DNA from: Octopus sinensis
Taxonomy: Eukaryota
Reading direction: 5' to 3'
DNA: 64,000 nucleotides
NCBI RefSeq assembly: GCF_006345805.1
Contig: NC_043009.1
Location: forward strand, 71,176,001-71,240,000
In this document: positions 28,256 to 40,927 of the stretch, one piece after another
Layout: every line of letters starts with the position of its first letter
Numbering within the stretch: position 1 is the first letter of the stretch
The notes under the pieces: generated by a model
The model's database searches: none
What the model was told of the DNA's origin: nothing
The model's input: only the letters and a program-made list of their open reading frames with translations
Position numbers and translations under genes: made by a program

Positions 28256-28900
28256 CTATATATGGATGTGGTTGTAGTCAATAAGACCAAGATTTTCTAC
28301 ATTACACACTACCAATCTCCACTGGTTACGAACTTTACGCATCGTGTAGTCGTTCTGAATCAGGAATATGACCGGTAGTTTTGTTTCGAAATGTTTGAAT
28401 TTCAGTGTAACGTAGCACCAAAGCCCCAGTTCGGTTTCTGACAGATCGGAATGAGCGATTGCTGCTTGATTCAAAGCAAATGTGTGCGGTTTTTCAGTGA
28501 TGTTTGTTCCGCTGTTTGAGGCAAGTGGTGGGACACCAACGATAATGGACTTTACTGCTTATCTCAGTGACCGGCTACGAGTTGGTGGAAAATACGGAGC
28601 ATGGAGAAAATATAACAGCTGAGATACGGAATGTGAGGCTGGGTTTTTCGTCGACATCTTGGCAAACATCTATTGCAACTGGCAGTGGAACGGGTGTATC
28701 CTCAACTCTGTAACAAGGGAATTGGTAGCGTTTCTGAGGGGAAAAGATCGACGTGCTTGAGGAAGGTGATGAGGAGAATCAATTGGCTTATATATTTTTG
28801 AGAACTTACGATCCAGGAACTATGGTCACCTGGCAGTGCACTCGAGGTCTCTAGCAGCTCTTCCTCCGCTCTTCTGGGGTGATTTTGGTTGTAGGATTTA
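28256..28900 (-). mobile_element. Possible L1/Tx1 ORF1 remnant
   Basis: IIVGVPP...ETELGLWCYVTLK...LPVIFLIQ...RKVRNQWRLVVCNVENLG loosely follows the RRM plus zinc-knuckle ORF1 layout. Contains stops. Confidence 0.3.
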
Positions 28901-29482
28901 TTATTTGCAGTCTCTCTTAACACAACTTAGGTCAACTTCTTAAACAGCTTTATATCAACATCCTTTTTTAAAATTCTTATCTTTTTAACTCTTGTGACTT
29001 AAAGACACAACCTCATCATAAGGCTGGTGGACTGAGAGAATCTTTACAACAAAATGCCTCACGCTATTCTAACAATTTTCTTTCTGATTTTTTTTTCTCC
29101 CAAGGTCAACTTTGCCTTTATTCACTCCAAGGTCGATAAGGAAAGATATCACTCAAGAACTGGTGTCGATGGTATCGACTAACCGTCCTTTACAAGATTG
29201 CTGGGTTTATTCTTAAATCGGAAACCATGAGGTAACAAACCAACAGCGACACAATATCCCCTGCAACTGCAGGAGACAGGCCAAGACCCGCTGCAAAACT
29301 GCATAATAAAAACTGAAACGATAACCACAGCAAACAGATTGGGACAGTTCGTCGCACCATGGTGTGTATCGGTTGGTTATCCTGCCACTGTTCGATCGCT
29401 ATCAGCCCACTTCCGACATAGTCTCTTACGCTGACATTTGCCCAGCATAATTAGTCATTTGATATAATGATTAGCACGTCGG

Positions 29483-30772
29483 CAGCCACGTAGCCAGCCG
29501 ATTGCAACTGAGGGTGCTCTCTTGATAGCTCGGGGTGCTGAACAGGGGTACAGACAAAAGCTCCTACTTAAAGTGGGAAAGTGGACAAAAGCCCCATGCT
29601 TATATTTTTCGGTTATTTTTTCGTTTATTTATTTATGTATTTATTTATTTCTTGGCGCCTAACTTGGTCAAAACTTCTGATATATTTCGTTTTTATTTTC
29701 ATTTTATTTGTTGCAATCATTAAACTGAGGCCATGCTGGGGCTAGTCGAATGTATCGACTCCAATAATTTTTTTAATGATTTTCAACAAGCACATAGTTA
29801 AGCCTAAAAGGTCTTTGTACATGCTAGAGATAACAGACAAATCTTTAAACATCATTTTTATATAATTTCAAATAAACATCGACCACGAGGCTGACAGTGG
29901 GTCTTCTCAACAATTCAATGATTTCGTTTTGCATTTCTGCTGAGGTGTAGGTCGCAGTTTTTTGGAATCGTGCTGTAACATTCCATTAGCTTTGAGTCTT
30001 TCTCTAATGTGTACTGGAATAAATTCATTAAAAGACCACAATTCTACCTATCATCTTCCGAATAAAGATCCTGAAACGCTTCATTTTCGTTTCCTCGAAA
30101 ATGCAATTCGTTTGCACAAAGAAAATGAACAAAATCAACAATGGAACTTATATAATAACGGTTTTTGATCAACTGATCATTTTGCAAGACGGAAGACACG
30201 GATGTTGTTGTGTATAAACGCTGTTGGCATTCCTTCCATGTTACCATAGCTTGGATATGGGATGCAGAGTTTGCGTGCTTATTTAAACCTTTGTTTTTTT
30301 TCTTTTGCATGATGCCAATTAGAATATCCAAAGTATTAAAGTGCTGACAAGCAAAACAAGACAAGGCTTTCTTTGAGAGAGAAATACTCTAACCATAATA
30401 AACGACCAATTTGACCAGCTTCACGAGAAGTCACGTCTCTGATTTCCATAAATTTTTGGATCAAACTTTGCTAGAACTGGCTGCACCGGTTGGCAGTCGA
30501 CCTGTCCTACATCATCCAATGAAGGTGTCAAAGACTTTGCAAGGCCTCCCTTGAGCTGCGAAACTTCTCCTGATTAGCATTATTAGATGAATCAGATTGG
30601 AAATTCAGCAAAGACTGCTTCAGTTTTCTTTTTCGGTAGTGATTCATTTTATTTTGGAAATCAAAAGAAATTCAATTTATTGCAGAAAAAATACATTGTC
30701 GCCACAGATTCCAACTGGGGGTGATGAGCACCCCATAGCCCCCCACCCACCCCCTCCGTAGCTACGTGCCTG
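29483..30772 (-). mobile_element. Internally deleted hAT element inserted into a SINE head
   Basis: TIRs cagccacgtagcc / gctacgtgcctg; 8-bp TSD cacgtcgg / cacatcgg. Transposase piece CFACQHF...GLNKHANSASHIQAM...FLCANELHFRGNENE (TTF zinc finger/DUF4371-like). Confidence 0.9.
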
Positions 30773-31135
30773 CACATCGGGCGAAATACTTAGCGATATT
30801 TCATCTGCCGCTACGTTCCGAGTTCAAATTACGGCGAGGTCGACTTTGCCTTTCATCCTTTCGGGGTCGATTAAATAAGTACCAGTTGCGCACTGGGGTC
30901 GATATAATCGACTTAATACGGTTGTCTGACCTTGTTCGTCCCCTCTGTGTTTAGCCCCTTGTGGATAGTACAGAAATAGGTATTTCGTCTGCCGCTACGT
31001 TCTGAGTTCAAATTCCGCCGAGGTCAACTTTGCCTGTCATCCTTTCGGGTCGATAAATTATGTACCAGTTACGTACTGGTGGTGGGGGGGGGCAATCTAA
31101 TCGCCTGGCCCTGTGCCTAGAGTAGAAAAGAATAG
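30773..31135 (+). mobile_element. SINE with one internal ~184-bp repeat unit plus a terminal unit
   Basis: Two B-boxes (gagttcaaatt), junction agaaataggtatttcg, and standard tail ...gtgcctagagtagaaaagaat. Confidence 0.9.
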
Positions 31136-31364
31136 AACAGAATATAATGATTCCAGCTAAACTATAAATAGTATGTTTTCTGAAGAAAGCTACCGAGGAG
31201 GTAAGCATGGTGCCTGAAGTCTGTTGACGGTGACCATTCAACGATTCTCTCTCTCTGTTATGAATGATATTGAAATCTTGGGGGATACGGGTTTTTTCTT
31301 TAAATTTTTTATTTTTTTAGATGTAGTCCATCCACTACACCTGAAACACTGAAAAGACCGTCGG

Positions 31365-31432
<68 letters not shown>

Positions 31433-31454
31433 TGTGTGTGCGTGTGTGTGTGTG

Positions 31455-31625
31455 TGTGTCACCACCGCTTGACAGCCGGTGTTAGTTTGTTTACGTCCCA
31501 GTAACTTTGTGATTCAGTAAAAGAGATTGACTGAATAATTACTAGGCTTCAAAATGAGTAGCGGAGTCGATTCGTTCAAAGAAATTCTTCAAGCAATGCC
31601 CCAGCATGGCCGCAGCGGCAGTCGA
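31455..31625 (+). mobile_element. CORE-like SINE, 3' part after a (TG)n tract
   Basis: caccaccgcttgacagccggtg...gtttacgtccc...ccccagcatggccgcag. Confidence 0.8.
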
Positions 31626-31999
31626 AGCTGGAACTTATTCTACTTCTTTCCCTTGAATGAAACAACTCTTATGATGGTTATCTCCCTTACATCTGTTATT
31701 ATTTAAAGCTTTTGTGAAATTTCAGGTTCCAGGTCGAACCCCACCGCGTATCGAACATGAATAGCCAAATATCTGAGCAACGGATTACTGTACAGAACGA
31801 AATGTTGGAAAATAGCATTTTTTTTTTATCAAATTCAATGAAGACAGTTTATTTTGCTTTTCACTATTCTTTCTTAGTTATCATTCTTGTTTTTTTAATT
31901 TTAGGAGCCACGGCCCGTATTCGGAGGTACTTCGAGAAAACAGTTTTTTCCGCCATGCTCTTCATTTGACCACAACTCTCACAATTTCCTGTCAAGGAA

Positions 32000-32830
32000 T
32001 TTTTTTCGTCGGAAACTGTCAAAGCATGTTTTAGAGAAAATGTACGTTCTTGGATGAGAGAGAATGTCCGGTGCTTGTATAGCGTGCGGTCCACTCACGC
32101 TGACAAACAGTATAGCCAGGGTTATCTACCTTAGACGTTCAGTTAATAAAGAAAACCAATTTTTCCATTAGCTACGAATTAAACTGCAAGCTGAACCTGA
32201 GTGAGATTTCAGAACTAAGATTTTTCTTGGTCGTGGATATACCCATGACCACAGCTGTGACTCTGACAGGAAAATGTAAAAATGCAATAACTGACTGGTG
32301 CAATATGTGCCGCGAAGTGTGTGGCGCCATAGTTTATAATGAACGACGAGGGGAAATGGTTGGAACAAACGATAACCCCGTTCAGATCGACGAAGCAAGA
32401 TTTGCTGGTCGACAAAAATACAATCGAGGAAGAATACTGAATGGCGACAATGCTCCTCTCTTTGAAGACAGCGATGCAGAACAAGGAAACGACAGGAACC
32501 ATGGACGTGGAATTTATGGGCCGTGGGCTTTTGGTCTCAACCAAGGCTCAGGCTGTCGATATTTTTGCGTTGAACGGCGCGACAGGAACAGTCTGATCCC
32601 AATTATTGAAAGAGAATGTGAAAAAGGTTCAGTAATTCATTCCGATGTGTGGTCCGTTTGTGGTAATTTAAAATGCCTTCGGTTATCACCATCTGACAGT
32701 GAACCATCAACGACATTATGTGGATCCAGTGACCGGAGCACACACACACAGGCCATTGAGCGATCATGGTTAGATGCTAAAACTATGTTTCTGAAAACAA
32801 AGTGATCTCTGAAATGTTTGAAGTGTTTTA
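32000..32830 (+). pseudogene. Merlin (IS1016/ISXO2-like) DDE transposase pseudogene
   Basis: DWCNMCREVC...VQIDEARFAGRQKYNRGR...GPWAFG...RDRNSLIPIIERECEKGSVIHSDVW...HTQAIERSW. Frameshifts; TIRs not identified. Confidence 0.88.
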
Positions 32831-33289
32831 TCTCTGAAATAATAAGGTAGATAACTCTGTGCTGGCAGACCGCATACTATAGAAGCATCAGAAGTTCTTC
32901 GTTGGTTTAAATCCCTAAGATGACTTTGATAATCCGTTAAAGCGACCAACTCTTTTGCTCGTCTTCTCTGCCATTTTCGGGGAATATATTCCTTTCCTGC
33001 AACCAGTTCCATATGACTCGTAAAAAGGTTATCAAAGCTGCCCATTTTTTAAAGTTAAAAAGCGAAAGAGATATAACTAACAAGATCTGAAGTTGAAATT
33101 CCGCTGTCCAGTCACTAAAGGAAATACACTTTGGCACGTAAATCCCCTAATTACTTCACAGTGCTAATTATTTTTTCTATATCTTTTTGTCAGGAAAGAA
33201 GCCAGTGACCCTGATATTTTTAGATCCTCCGAAACTGGAAGAGGAAGGTATGGTCAAACTGGAAACTGGTCCCTGAACTATGCAACCGA

Positions 33290-33430
33290 GTGGAATTTGT
33301 TAAAAACACTCGAACGAGTGATGGCTTAAACCTATCTCCCAAGTAGGACACGGCGGGATTTGAATTCAGAACACAAAGAGGTAAAATAAATGGCAAAACG
33401 ACTTTCGGTCCAACGTTGTCGCAATCCGTC
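33290..33430 (-). mobile_element. Degenerate SINE
   Basis: ggcgggatttgaattcagaac...ggtccaacgttgtcgcaatccgtcaagtcactgcc. Confidence 0.5.
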
Positions 33431-33936
33431 AAGTCACTGCCTGAAAATGGTAAGTTTTATAATCTACCCCTTAAAGATGAGATGCAAAACTAACCGATAT
33501 TGAAATCAGACACGATTTAAAATCAGAACGCAGTAAATCGGAACTAATTATTTCGGAACAGTTGATTTGTTGGATCGATGGCTATCGACGACAGCCTTAA
33601 ACATGATTAACGGAATTAGTTTATCTGTTGCTGCCGAAATCGTTTAAATAAAGAAATATGTGACCAAAACTGGACATGAACATTGCAACTTGTCAGGTTA
33701 GGCCTAATGCTTTGTACATACTTTCTTTTTAAACATAGCAGAGTATGCATATGATATGGCTGCTATATCTAGCAGGTCATGCGGCCACATGATAGTACCT
33801 GAATTTAGTAAAATGTCAGAGTTGTCTCCCATGACATAATAAAACAGTTGAACTGCTTTTTAGGTTGTTATCATGTAAGGGAAGCAACTCTGGTATTCTA
33901 CCTCTATTTTAATGGTTGCTTTCTTTCCTCCTCTGC

Positions 33937-33967
<31 letters not shown>

Positions 33968-34599
33968 TTCTCCCCACCCTCTCTCTGTTTCTAAACCGTA
34001 TACTTCTCATTGGGATTATCGCTTTCTTACCTATTCTGAAGCAGAATCGTACACCTTTCGCCCCAATGAAGGCGACTTCACTCAATATGAAGGCGACTTC
34101 ACTCAATATGTTACCTTTTCTGGCAATTCCAGCTTATAGAATCTGGCAGGTTGGCTTCTGTCTTGTGGACGAAAAGCTTTCACACGTTTGTTCTTTCCAT
34201 GAATGGTTCATTTCAAAGAACTTTTATTATAACGCACCAATTCTACAATTTGTCTTTAGTTTATTTATATTTTACTTGGGGAGGGGGGGGGTAACGGCTC
34301 CTTGGTTTTCTTCGATAATATTCTTTCGAGAAGTGGTACTCATGCTTCTTCACATACCAAAGCAGTCCTGTTCAATCAGAAATGGTTCACTGTGTGGAAA
34401 AATTGTTATTAACCAACCTTTGTTAGCAAACTTCTGTAAGTTTTACAAATAGTAGAATGGCAGGTTCTGTATGAAAGTAAATCCTAAAATTTATTTCAAG
34501 AGTGAGGAATGGCGATTCGAAAACAAGTCTGACCATTTCAGTAGTGAATAACAACATTGTGAAATTAGTCATGTTGAAAAGATGTCTTTTGATGGACGT

Positions 34600-34850
34600 T
34601 GCAGTCTCAGCTGAGAGAGGCACAACTCTAAAAGCGTTTGAGAAATGACACAAATAAGCACTTGGAGTCTTGGAATCAGAAGACTGGTTCCTCAAAGCAT
34701 CGATGTTACAAGTTGTCATTGGGGCATTTGGAATTACACCAAAAGCAGCAAAAAAATAGGAAAACCAAATCTCTGAGAGACTTAAAATGAGTAAATTGCA
34801 AAATATCCTATTTGTGGGTACCTCCCATATTTTCGGTAAATTCCTCTTTT
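34600..34850 (+). mobile_element. R4/Dong-like LINE extreme 3' fragment
   Basis: VIGAFGITPK...LQNILFVGTSHIFGKFL. Confidence 0.6.
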
Positions 34851-35039
34851 TTATTCAGTTTTATTTTTCTATAAAGAGGGATTTTAATTTTTTTCATCAC
34901 ACATAGACATCAGTTTTTCAGTTGTGTGGCACATCACTTGTTAGCATCTTCAGATCGAAAAGGTTGTCCCTTGGCGTCCCCTGTTTAAGTTTGGGAGCAG
35001 CTTCTATAAAGGCAAAACAATAGAACTATAATCCTTACT

Positions 35040-35204
35040 TCTAGGCCTAAAATTTTGGTGCGGAGAGGTAAGTCGATTACATAGACACCAGTTCAACTGG
35101 GGCTTATTTTATCGATCCCGAAGGGGCAAGAATTTACATCGGCAGAATTTAAACTCTGAAGGGGCAAAGAACTAAAAAAAAAACTGTTGCTAAGCATTTT
35201 GAGC
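35040..35204 (-). mobile_element. SINE followed by tandem copies of its own 5' end
   Basis: agtcgattacatagacaccag...atcgatcccgaagg...ggcagaatttaaactctgaa...gctaagcatttt. Confidence 0.75.
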
Positions 35205-35344
35205 ATGTTAACGATTGTGACAGCAAGGCGCCATGTTAACGATTGTGACAGGAAGGTGCCATGTTAACGATTGTGTCAGGAAGGTACCATATTAACGATT
35301 GTGTCAGGAAGGTACCATATTAACGATTGTGGCAGCGAGGTGCC
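35205..35344. repeat. 28-bp tandem repeat x5 (atgttaacgattgtgacaggaaggtgcc)
   Basis: Units start at 35205, 35233, 35261, 35289 and 35317. Confidence 0.95.
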
Positions 35345-35559
35345 ACAGTTGTGATAGTAATGACGATTTCTTTTGTTTGCTACAAGGGCCGAAGACATTT
35401 CAGAACAATGTCACATTAGGGGTTCATCGAATCAACATCAATAAGAAAATATTAAAACTATATATAAAACTCTATAGAAAAAGGGAATTTAAATAATTTC
35501 AACAAGAAAATAAACATCTCCAATAGCGAATAATTCAGATGGGAAGCTCTATGTAAAAA

Positions 35560-36930
35560 GCCTGGATAACTCTGCCGTTTCCAAGGCATCCAAAGAACCC
35601 TTTCCCAGTTTCTTTGCTCCTACTTTGAATGGGGCCTACCATATGGATACATTTCTGACTCACCAGCCTTATCACGCTCATCCATTTTTTTCATAAATAC
35701 ACTCGAAGGCAGCACGTCTCTCTCTAACCTCACCTTCTCCTTTAAATGGCACTTGAAGAAGCTGAGAGCTCAACATGATAGAAAAAATGCCTCTTTCAGA
35801 GTTCACCCTACAATCTCTTTCTCCACAACCACCAGGCAAAGATTTGCTTCCTTTTCTCACAAAAAGGATGTGGTACATCGATATTCATTATGGATTCATA
35901 GAGAGCAGGATTCGTCCTACTCGTTTCAGGAACTTGTTCGAATAAGCCGACATGTTGTTAATGCATGAACACTAAACGATGGGGAACAGGTCGACTTCAT
36001 TTTCCCTGCACTCGATCAGGTTTGGCTATCGGCTCGTCAAATTCCGAAATTGTTTAGGACTGGTAAAGCGTTACTAAAACATTACCATTATAAGGACTTT
36101 GGGAAGTTGTCCATAATCCTTGACCCGAAAGACCTCCAGAAGAGACTGGCCAGACTATTTTTGTTGATGCTCAGAACTGATCCCAGGCTATCGTTGATCA
36201 ACCTTCCATAAAAATCCAGAGTTCTTTTCCTGTTGGCGGTTTTGTCGGGCTGATATGACGCTGAGAGTGTTAAAACCTTGATGCCAAATAACTAATCTTG
36301 GTCAACGCTTGACCCACGATGGCAGCTTGCTCAACCACCGCAATGATCAGATCCTTCTGCAGAACTTTCAATCCCAGTGCTTGTTGATGCAGCACCAGGA
36401 ACGCATCTTGAATCCAATGCTCGAGAGATCGTATTCGCAGCAGATTGGTTTCCTGACCAGCAGAACCTATTTTCTCCATAAGAAGCGGGAAAACATACGC
36501 TCCAATCTGTTCAGGTACTTCTTGGGATAAGATACGACGGTCAGAGATAGCTTCCACTCGTTCCATTTATGAGTGAGATTGGCCATCTTGCTAGTGACTT
36601 CTCCATTTTTATCCCTTTGGTTGTCAGCTCCGATCAAGGCTTCCATCATTGTCACTGAGCTCTAGTCCAATTGCAGAAATTACGGAAGGCCAACGTGTAC
36701 TAATATCTCTCCTATTGCATAGTTGATAACTCACCGGCTTCTGGTTTCTAAGTGGTACTCGATATCCAAAATATCCGAAACCATGACAATGATGTCATCC
36801 ATGTATGTCGACTTAGCTCTCCTGTGAACTTGTTCGAGCAGTACAACCATCGGTAAAAAGAGGTGTCAGTCAAGTATTGCGGTCGATGTGTTCGACTCTC
36901 TTCAAAATTGCTGCCCTTATGCTCAAATTA
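35560..36930 (-). mobile_element. L1/Tx1-like LINE ORF2 fragment (RT domain 5 to C-terminus)
   Basis: TYMDDIIVMVSD; NLTHKWNEWKLSL; YPKKYLNRLERMFSRFLWRK; FKGEGEVRERRA. Many frameshifts. Confidence 0.75.
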
Positions 36931-36959
36931 GAGAGAATTATTATTATAATCATTACTAT

Positions 36960-38135
36960 CGCTTTACTTCTCAGAACGTTCGGTTTTGTTTGTTCTGGTA
37001 GATTCTCTGAGAGCGGCCAGCAGTCTGCTGTCAGAGACTTTACAGGGTCTCTTTCCGCTCATCATAAGCTTTGGTACTTGGTTGTTAATTATCGTGGGAG
37101 ACATTCAACATCCAAGTACCAATCTCAAAATCCAAACTGTTTCCAGCAGAATAATTTTGGAGGTTTGCTCTACTTTCATGTCAATACCAAATTCTTTCTT
37201 GAACCCAGTCTTGGTGCTCCGAATGTCCCTACACTTACTGGAATGACACACTCTCCTCATCATCCACATTCTTGCAATTTCGTCTTTTAGTAGCCTGTAC
37301 TTTTCAATCTTTTCGAGTTATTTGTCATTTATTCGTGCATCTCCAGGCAATGCAATATCTATAATCTTGGTTTCCTTCTTTTTTTTCTTTTATCGACCAC
37401 AATAATATTTGGTCTCCGAGCCTCGATTAAGGAGTCACATTGGATTATATAATCCCACCGTGTCTTATATTCCTTGCTCTCTGTGACTCCTTCTGGTTCA
37501 TGTTCGTACCATTTCCCTGCTCTGTTCAGGCCGTACTTTTCACAGAGCCTCCAGTGGACGACCTTAGCCACGTTATCGTGTCTCCTTTTGTAGTGTTTTT
37601 CGGCAAGTTTGCTACACACATAATATGTGTGATTGATTCGTTTCTGCTGCCACACATCCTACAAAGGGGCGATTCACTGCTCTTATCTATTTGGAACTTG
37701 GTGTAATTAGCTCTTAGAGCTTGTTTCTGGGCGCTGCATATCAATGCCTCAGAGCATCCTTTCAAATCATTTTTTCTTAACCATCTCCAAGTGTTGGTCT
37801 TGCCTTCTCCTTCGATCTCTGAGGTATTGCCCACGCAGTGGTTTCATTTCCCAATTGTTAACTTCATCTTGTTTCATAAATGTTTGTGGGTGCATCACAT
37901 TTTCGGTAGGTGTTATATTGTCAATTGTAACAGCAGCAAGGATTCCCTCTGCTGTTTGATGTACAATTCCAGACTGTTCTGCTCATTGACAACACGGATC
38001 TTGCATCCGATGAGACCTCTTCCACGCCTGTTTCTAGGCACATACGGTCTGTCAGTATCACCTTTGCGGTGTAGTTCCTTGTTAACGGTCATCACTTTTC
38101 TAGTTTTCCAGTCCATTTCCTCAAGCTCTTTCTTC
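36960..38135 (-). mobile_element. R4/Dong-clade LINE (restriction-like endonuclease), 5'-truncated
   Basis: MDWKTRKVMT...YVPRNRRGRGL; WRWLRKNDLK; CRMCGSRNESITHI..C..LA...YKRRHDNV (CCHC); ARRPNIIVVDK...IIDIA.PGD (PD-D/ExK). Confidence 0.92.
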
Positions 38136-38154
38136 TTCCTCTTCCGCTTCTTCT

Positions 38155-38180
38155 TATTATTATTATTATTATTGTTGTTG

Positions 38181-38221
<41 letters not shown>

Positions 38222-38237
38222 GTTGTTGTTATTGTTG

Positions 38238-38277
<40 letters not shown>

Positions 38278-38311
38278 CATTATTATTATTATTATCATTA
38301 GTATTATCATT

Positions 38312-38382
<71 letters not shown>
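38155..38382. repeat. (TTA)n/(TTG)n microsatellite
   Basis: Directly visible; abuts the R4/Dong 5' end and a SINE 5' end. Confidence 0.95.
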
Positions 38383-38600
38383 GACGGCGAACTGGCAGAG
38401 TCGTTAGCACGCCGGGCAAAATGCTTTGCGGTATATCTTCCGGCTTTACGTTCTGAGTTCAAATTCCACCGACGTCTACTTTGCCTTTCATCCTTTCAAG
38501 GTTGATAGTATCAGTGAAGGACTGGGCTCGATAAAATCGACAACCCCAACCCCTTCAAAATTTCAGACTTTTTATCTGTGATAGAAAGGAATATGATTAA
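38383..38600 (+). mobile_element. Near full-length tRNA-derived SINE (sense on the plus strand)
   Basis: ggcgaactggcagagtcgttagc (A box)...gagttcaaattcc (B box)...ctttgcctttcatcctttc... Confidence 0.9.
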
Positions 38601-38999
38601 TATTATCTTTGACGTGCTTTCGCTGCTCTTCCGGACCTATCTTTGGGCAGTGTTTTCTTTTTTCTCTCTATCTTGGCGGTTGAGTTGTATTTTCTATGTA
38701 TCTAAATTCCCCTAAGTCCTTTTGCGGTGCCTAATCGTCCGATTTTCTCTTCGAGGTGCATTTTTGTGCTTTGTTTTTCCCAAAGAACCTATTCAAAGAT
38801 TCTTTCTGATTATCTCTATCTCCAAATCTTTATATTTGGATAATTCCTCTATTTATTTGGCAGACGTGTTGGGGCTGATTGTTTGATTACGAAATACTCC
38901 ATCTTTTGGTTGCATCAGAGACATTTTGGTAAATTTTGGTAAATTTTGATTCGATACCTCTTCATGTTTTCTGCTTCATTGCATAGTTTCAATGAATTG

Positions 39000-39960
39000 T
39001 GACGTAAAGGTTTTGATCCAGTGTCACGAGCAAGAATCCTTCATTCTCAACTTTCATTCCTGTTCTTCTGCTGCCGAAGCTAGAACTGCTAAGGGACGTC
39101 CCTTTCGAGCTTGGCTGTGGAATCGCTGTGTCAAAGTCTGCGGATGAGGACACCACGAAAGGATGGATGGGGTGGGGTAGTCGATACCATACAAACGAAC
39201 GGCAGAATAACTGGAGCAAAGAGAAATCGGGACAAGTCATTGAGTTTGCATATTGGTATCAAGAAAAGTAATTCAAAGCTGTCGAACGGCGCCGCAGATT
39301 GCTGGACTGATGGATCAGTAACACTACTCGATTCAAGCTCTGTCTTGCTACCCAGGTTGACTATGGGACCAAATTACAAGCGAGGTGGGGAAGCTTCAAC
39401 CAAAGATGGACTGAAAGGTCGAACCCATGTGATGAACACCAACACCGCCTGACCGTCGTGCCTGGCACTAGTATCCGTCTGACCAGAGAGGAGCGTTTGC
39501 TTCTCGGATTCCTGCAGAGGAGGAGAGGGCTTTGCCAAAGAGGAAAATGTCTGTCCCTTGTAAAACACGCTTTTCCACAGTTCGCCTCTTTGACAGAGTT
39601 GCAGTCCTATGTCAAGAAAAGACCTAGATGAGGCATCTGCAATGTCATCAGGCATTCACTGACTCTCTACCGGAAGTGCTGTCAGTTGAGAATGCACAAG
39701 GTGCACAGAGCTACGAAACTTTGGCATTGCCCCAGTATTACTGACTTGTAGAGATATGTCGAATACCTGTTGTCACCTGTGGTTCGGATCCGGTTATTAG
39801 CTGAGTCCATTGTGAAGATTGCTCCGCCACTCTCCCTCAAGCGGGATGGGCAGGCATGTTTATCTGTCTGGAAACCACGATGAAAGAGGTTGTTAAAAGA
39901 GTGAGTCCTAACACAACTATAACCCAAACATGCTGAAATTCGACCTCTTTCACTTGATGA
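39000..39960 (+). mobile_element. L1/Tx1-like LINE ORF2 C-terminal fragment
   Basis: HHRLTVVPG...LVKHAFPQFASLTELQSYVKKRPR...HCPSITDL*RYVEYLLSPVVRIRLLAESIVKIAPP; homologous in character to 35560-36930. Confidence 0.7.
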
Positions 39961-40873
39961 TATGCTAATCAACTTTCCACTATGACACTAACCTGACCTT
40001 CATTAAATTACTTCTGTGATATTTTTGTTAATGATATAGAAAATGCCTCGGCTTTAATTCCACGAGATTAGCGTTAATCCCATTAAAACCTCTTTCTATC
40101 AAAATTTTATATGTTAATCATTGAGCTGACCACATCCGTTGTCTTTCACACAAATGACTCGGTCCTAAAGATTTGACCTAACAACGACCTAACTTCAAAC
40201 TTAATTACTTGATCATCATTGACCGTAATGAGACAGCGTTAATCTATCAGTTCACAATTTTCTTTTTACAAGAAACAACACATGACAACTTTATCCAAGA
40301 ATATATATATATACTTTATTTGCTATTGAATGCCAGATATTTTATTAAACAGAATTTTAAATATTAATACCCATATCTTTTCGTACTTTCATTTTTTTCA
40401 TCTCAAATTGATTGTGTCCTCTTAAATGTAGGAAAATTACCAAAGAAAAAAAAAGGATTTCTTGAAAAGGTTCATTAATGACACACAAGACGATCGTGTT
40501 GGTCTTTTAGCCGACTGTTTTTCTGAAAGAAAAATTTAGTAGGTTTTTCCAAGAATATACATACGTGCGTATATATATTCAGATATTTAATTTTCAATCA
40601 TAGATGCAACTTGTAAATATGGCTTTATCTTTTTTACTGAAGTTTTTTATCTCCGAAATATAACTCTCTTAATGTTCAATTCAATAAAACAATGTTTAAA
40701 CCCCTTATTCAGGAATGTGAGAAAGACTCAAAATGGATCGCCATTTAAGTGCCCTATCAGTTGGTTTGTCGCCATTGATCGCTCTGTAACCTTCCAACAA
40801 ATACTTTCAATATATGAACTCTGAAAATACAGTTTCCATCAAAAATATAACTGTATACATATATTTAATATAC

Positions 40874-40927
<54 letters not shown>

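Noticed and set aside
34031-34130. Minus-strand exon candidate with a 21-bp internal duplication
   Set aside because: Phase 1 to 1 and a weak acceptor; does not fit the phase-0 intron.
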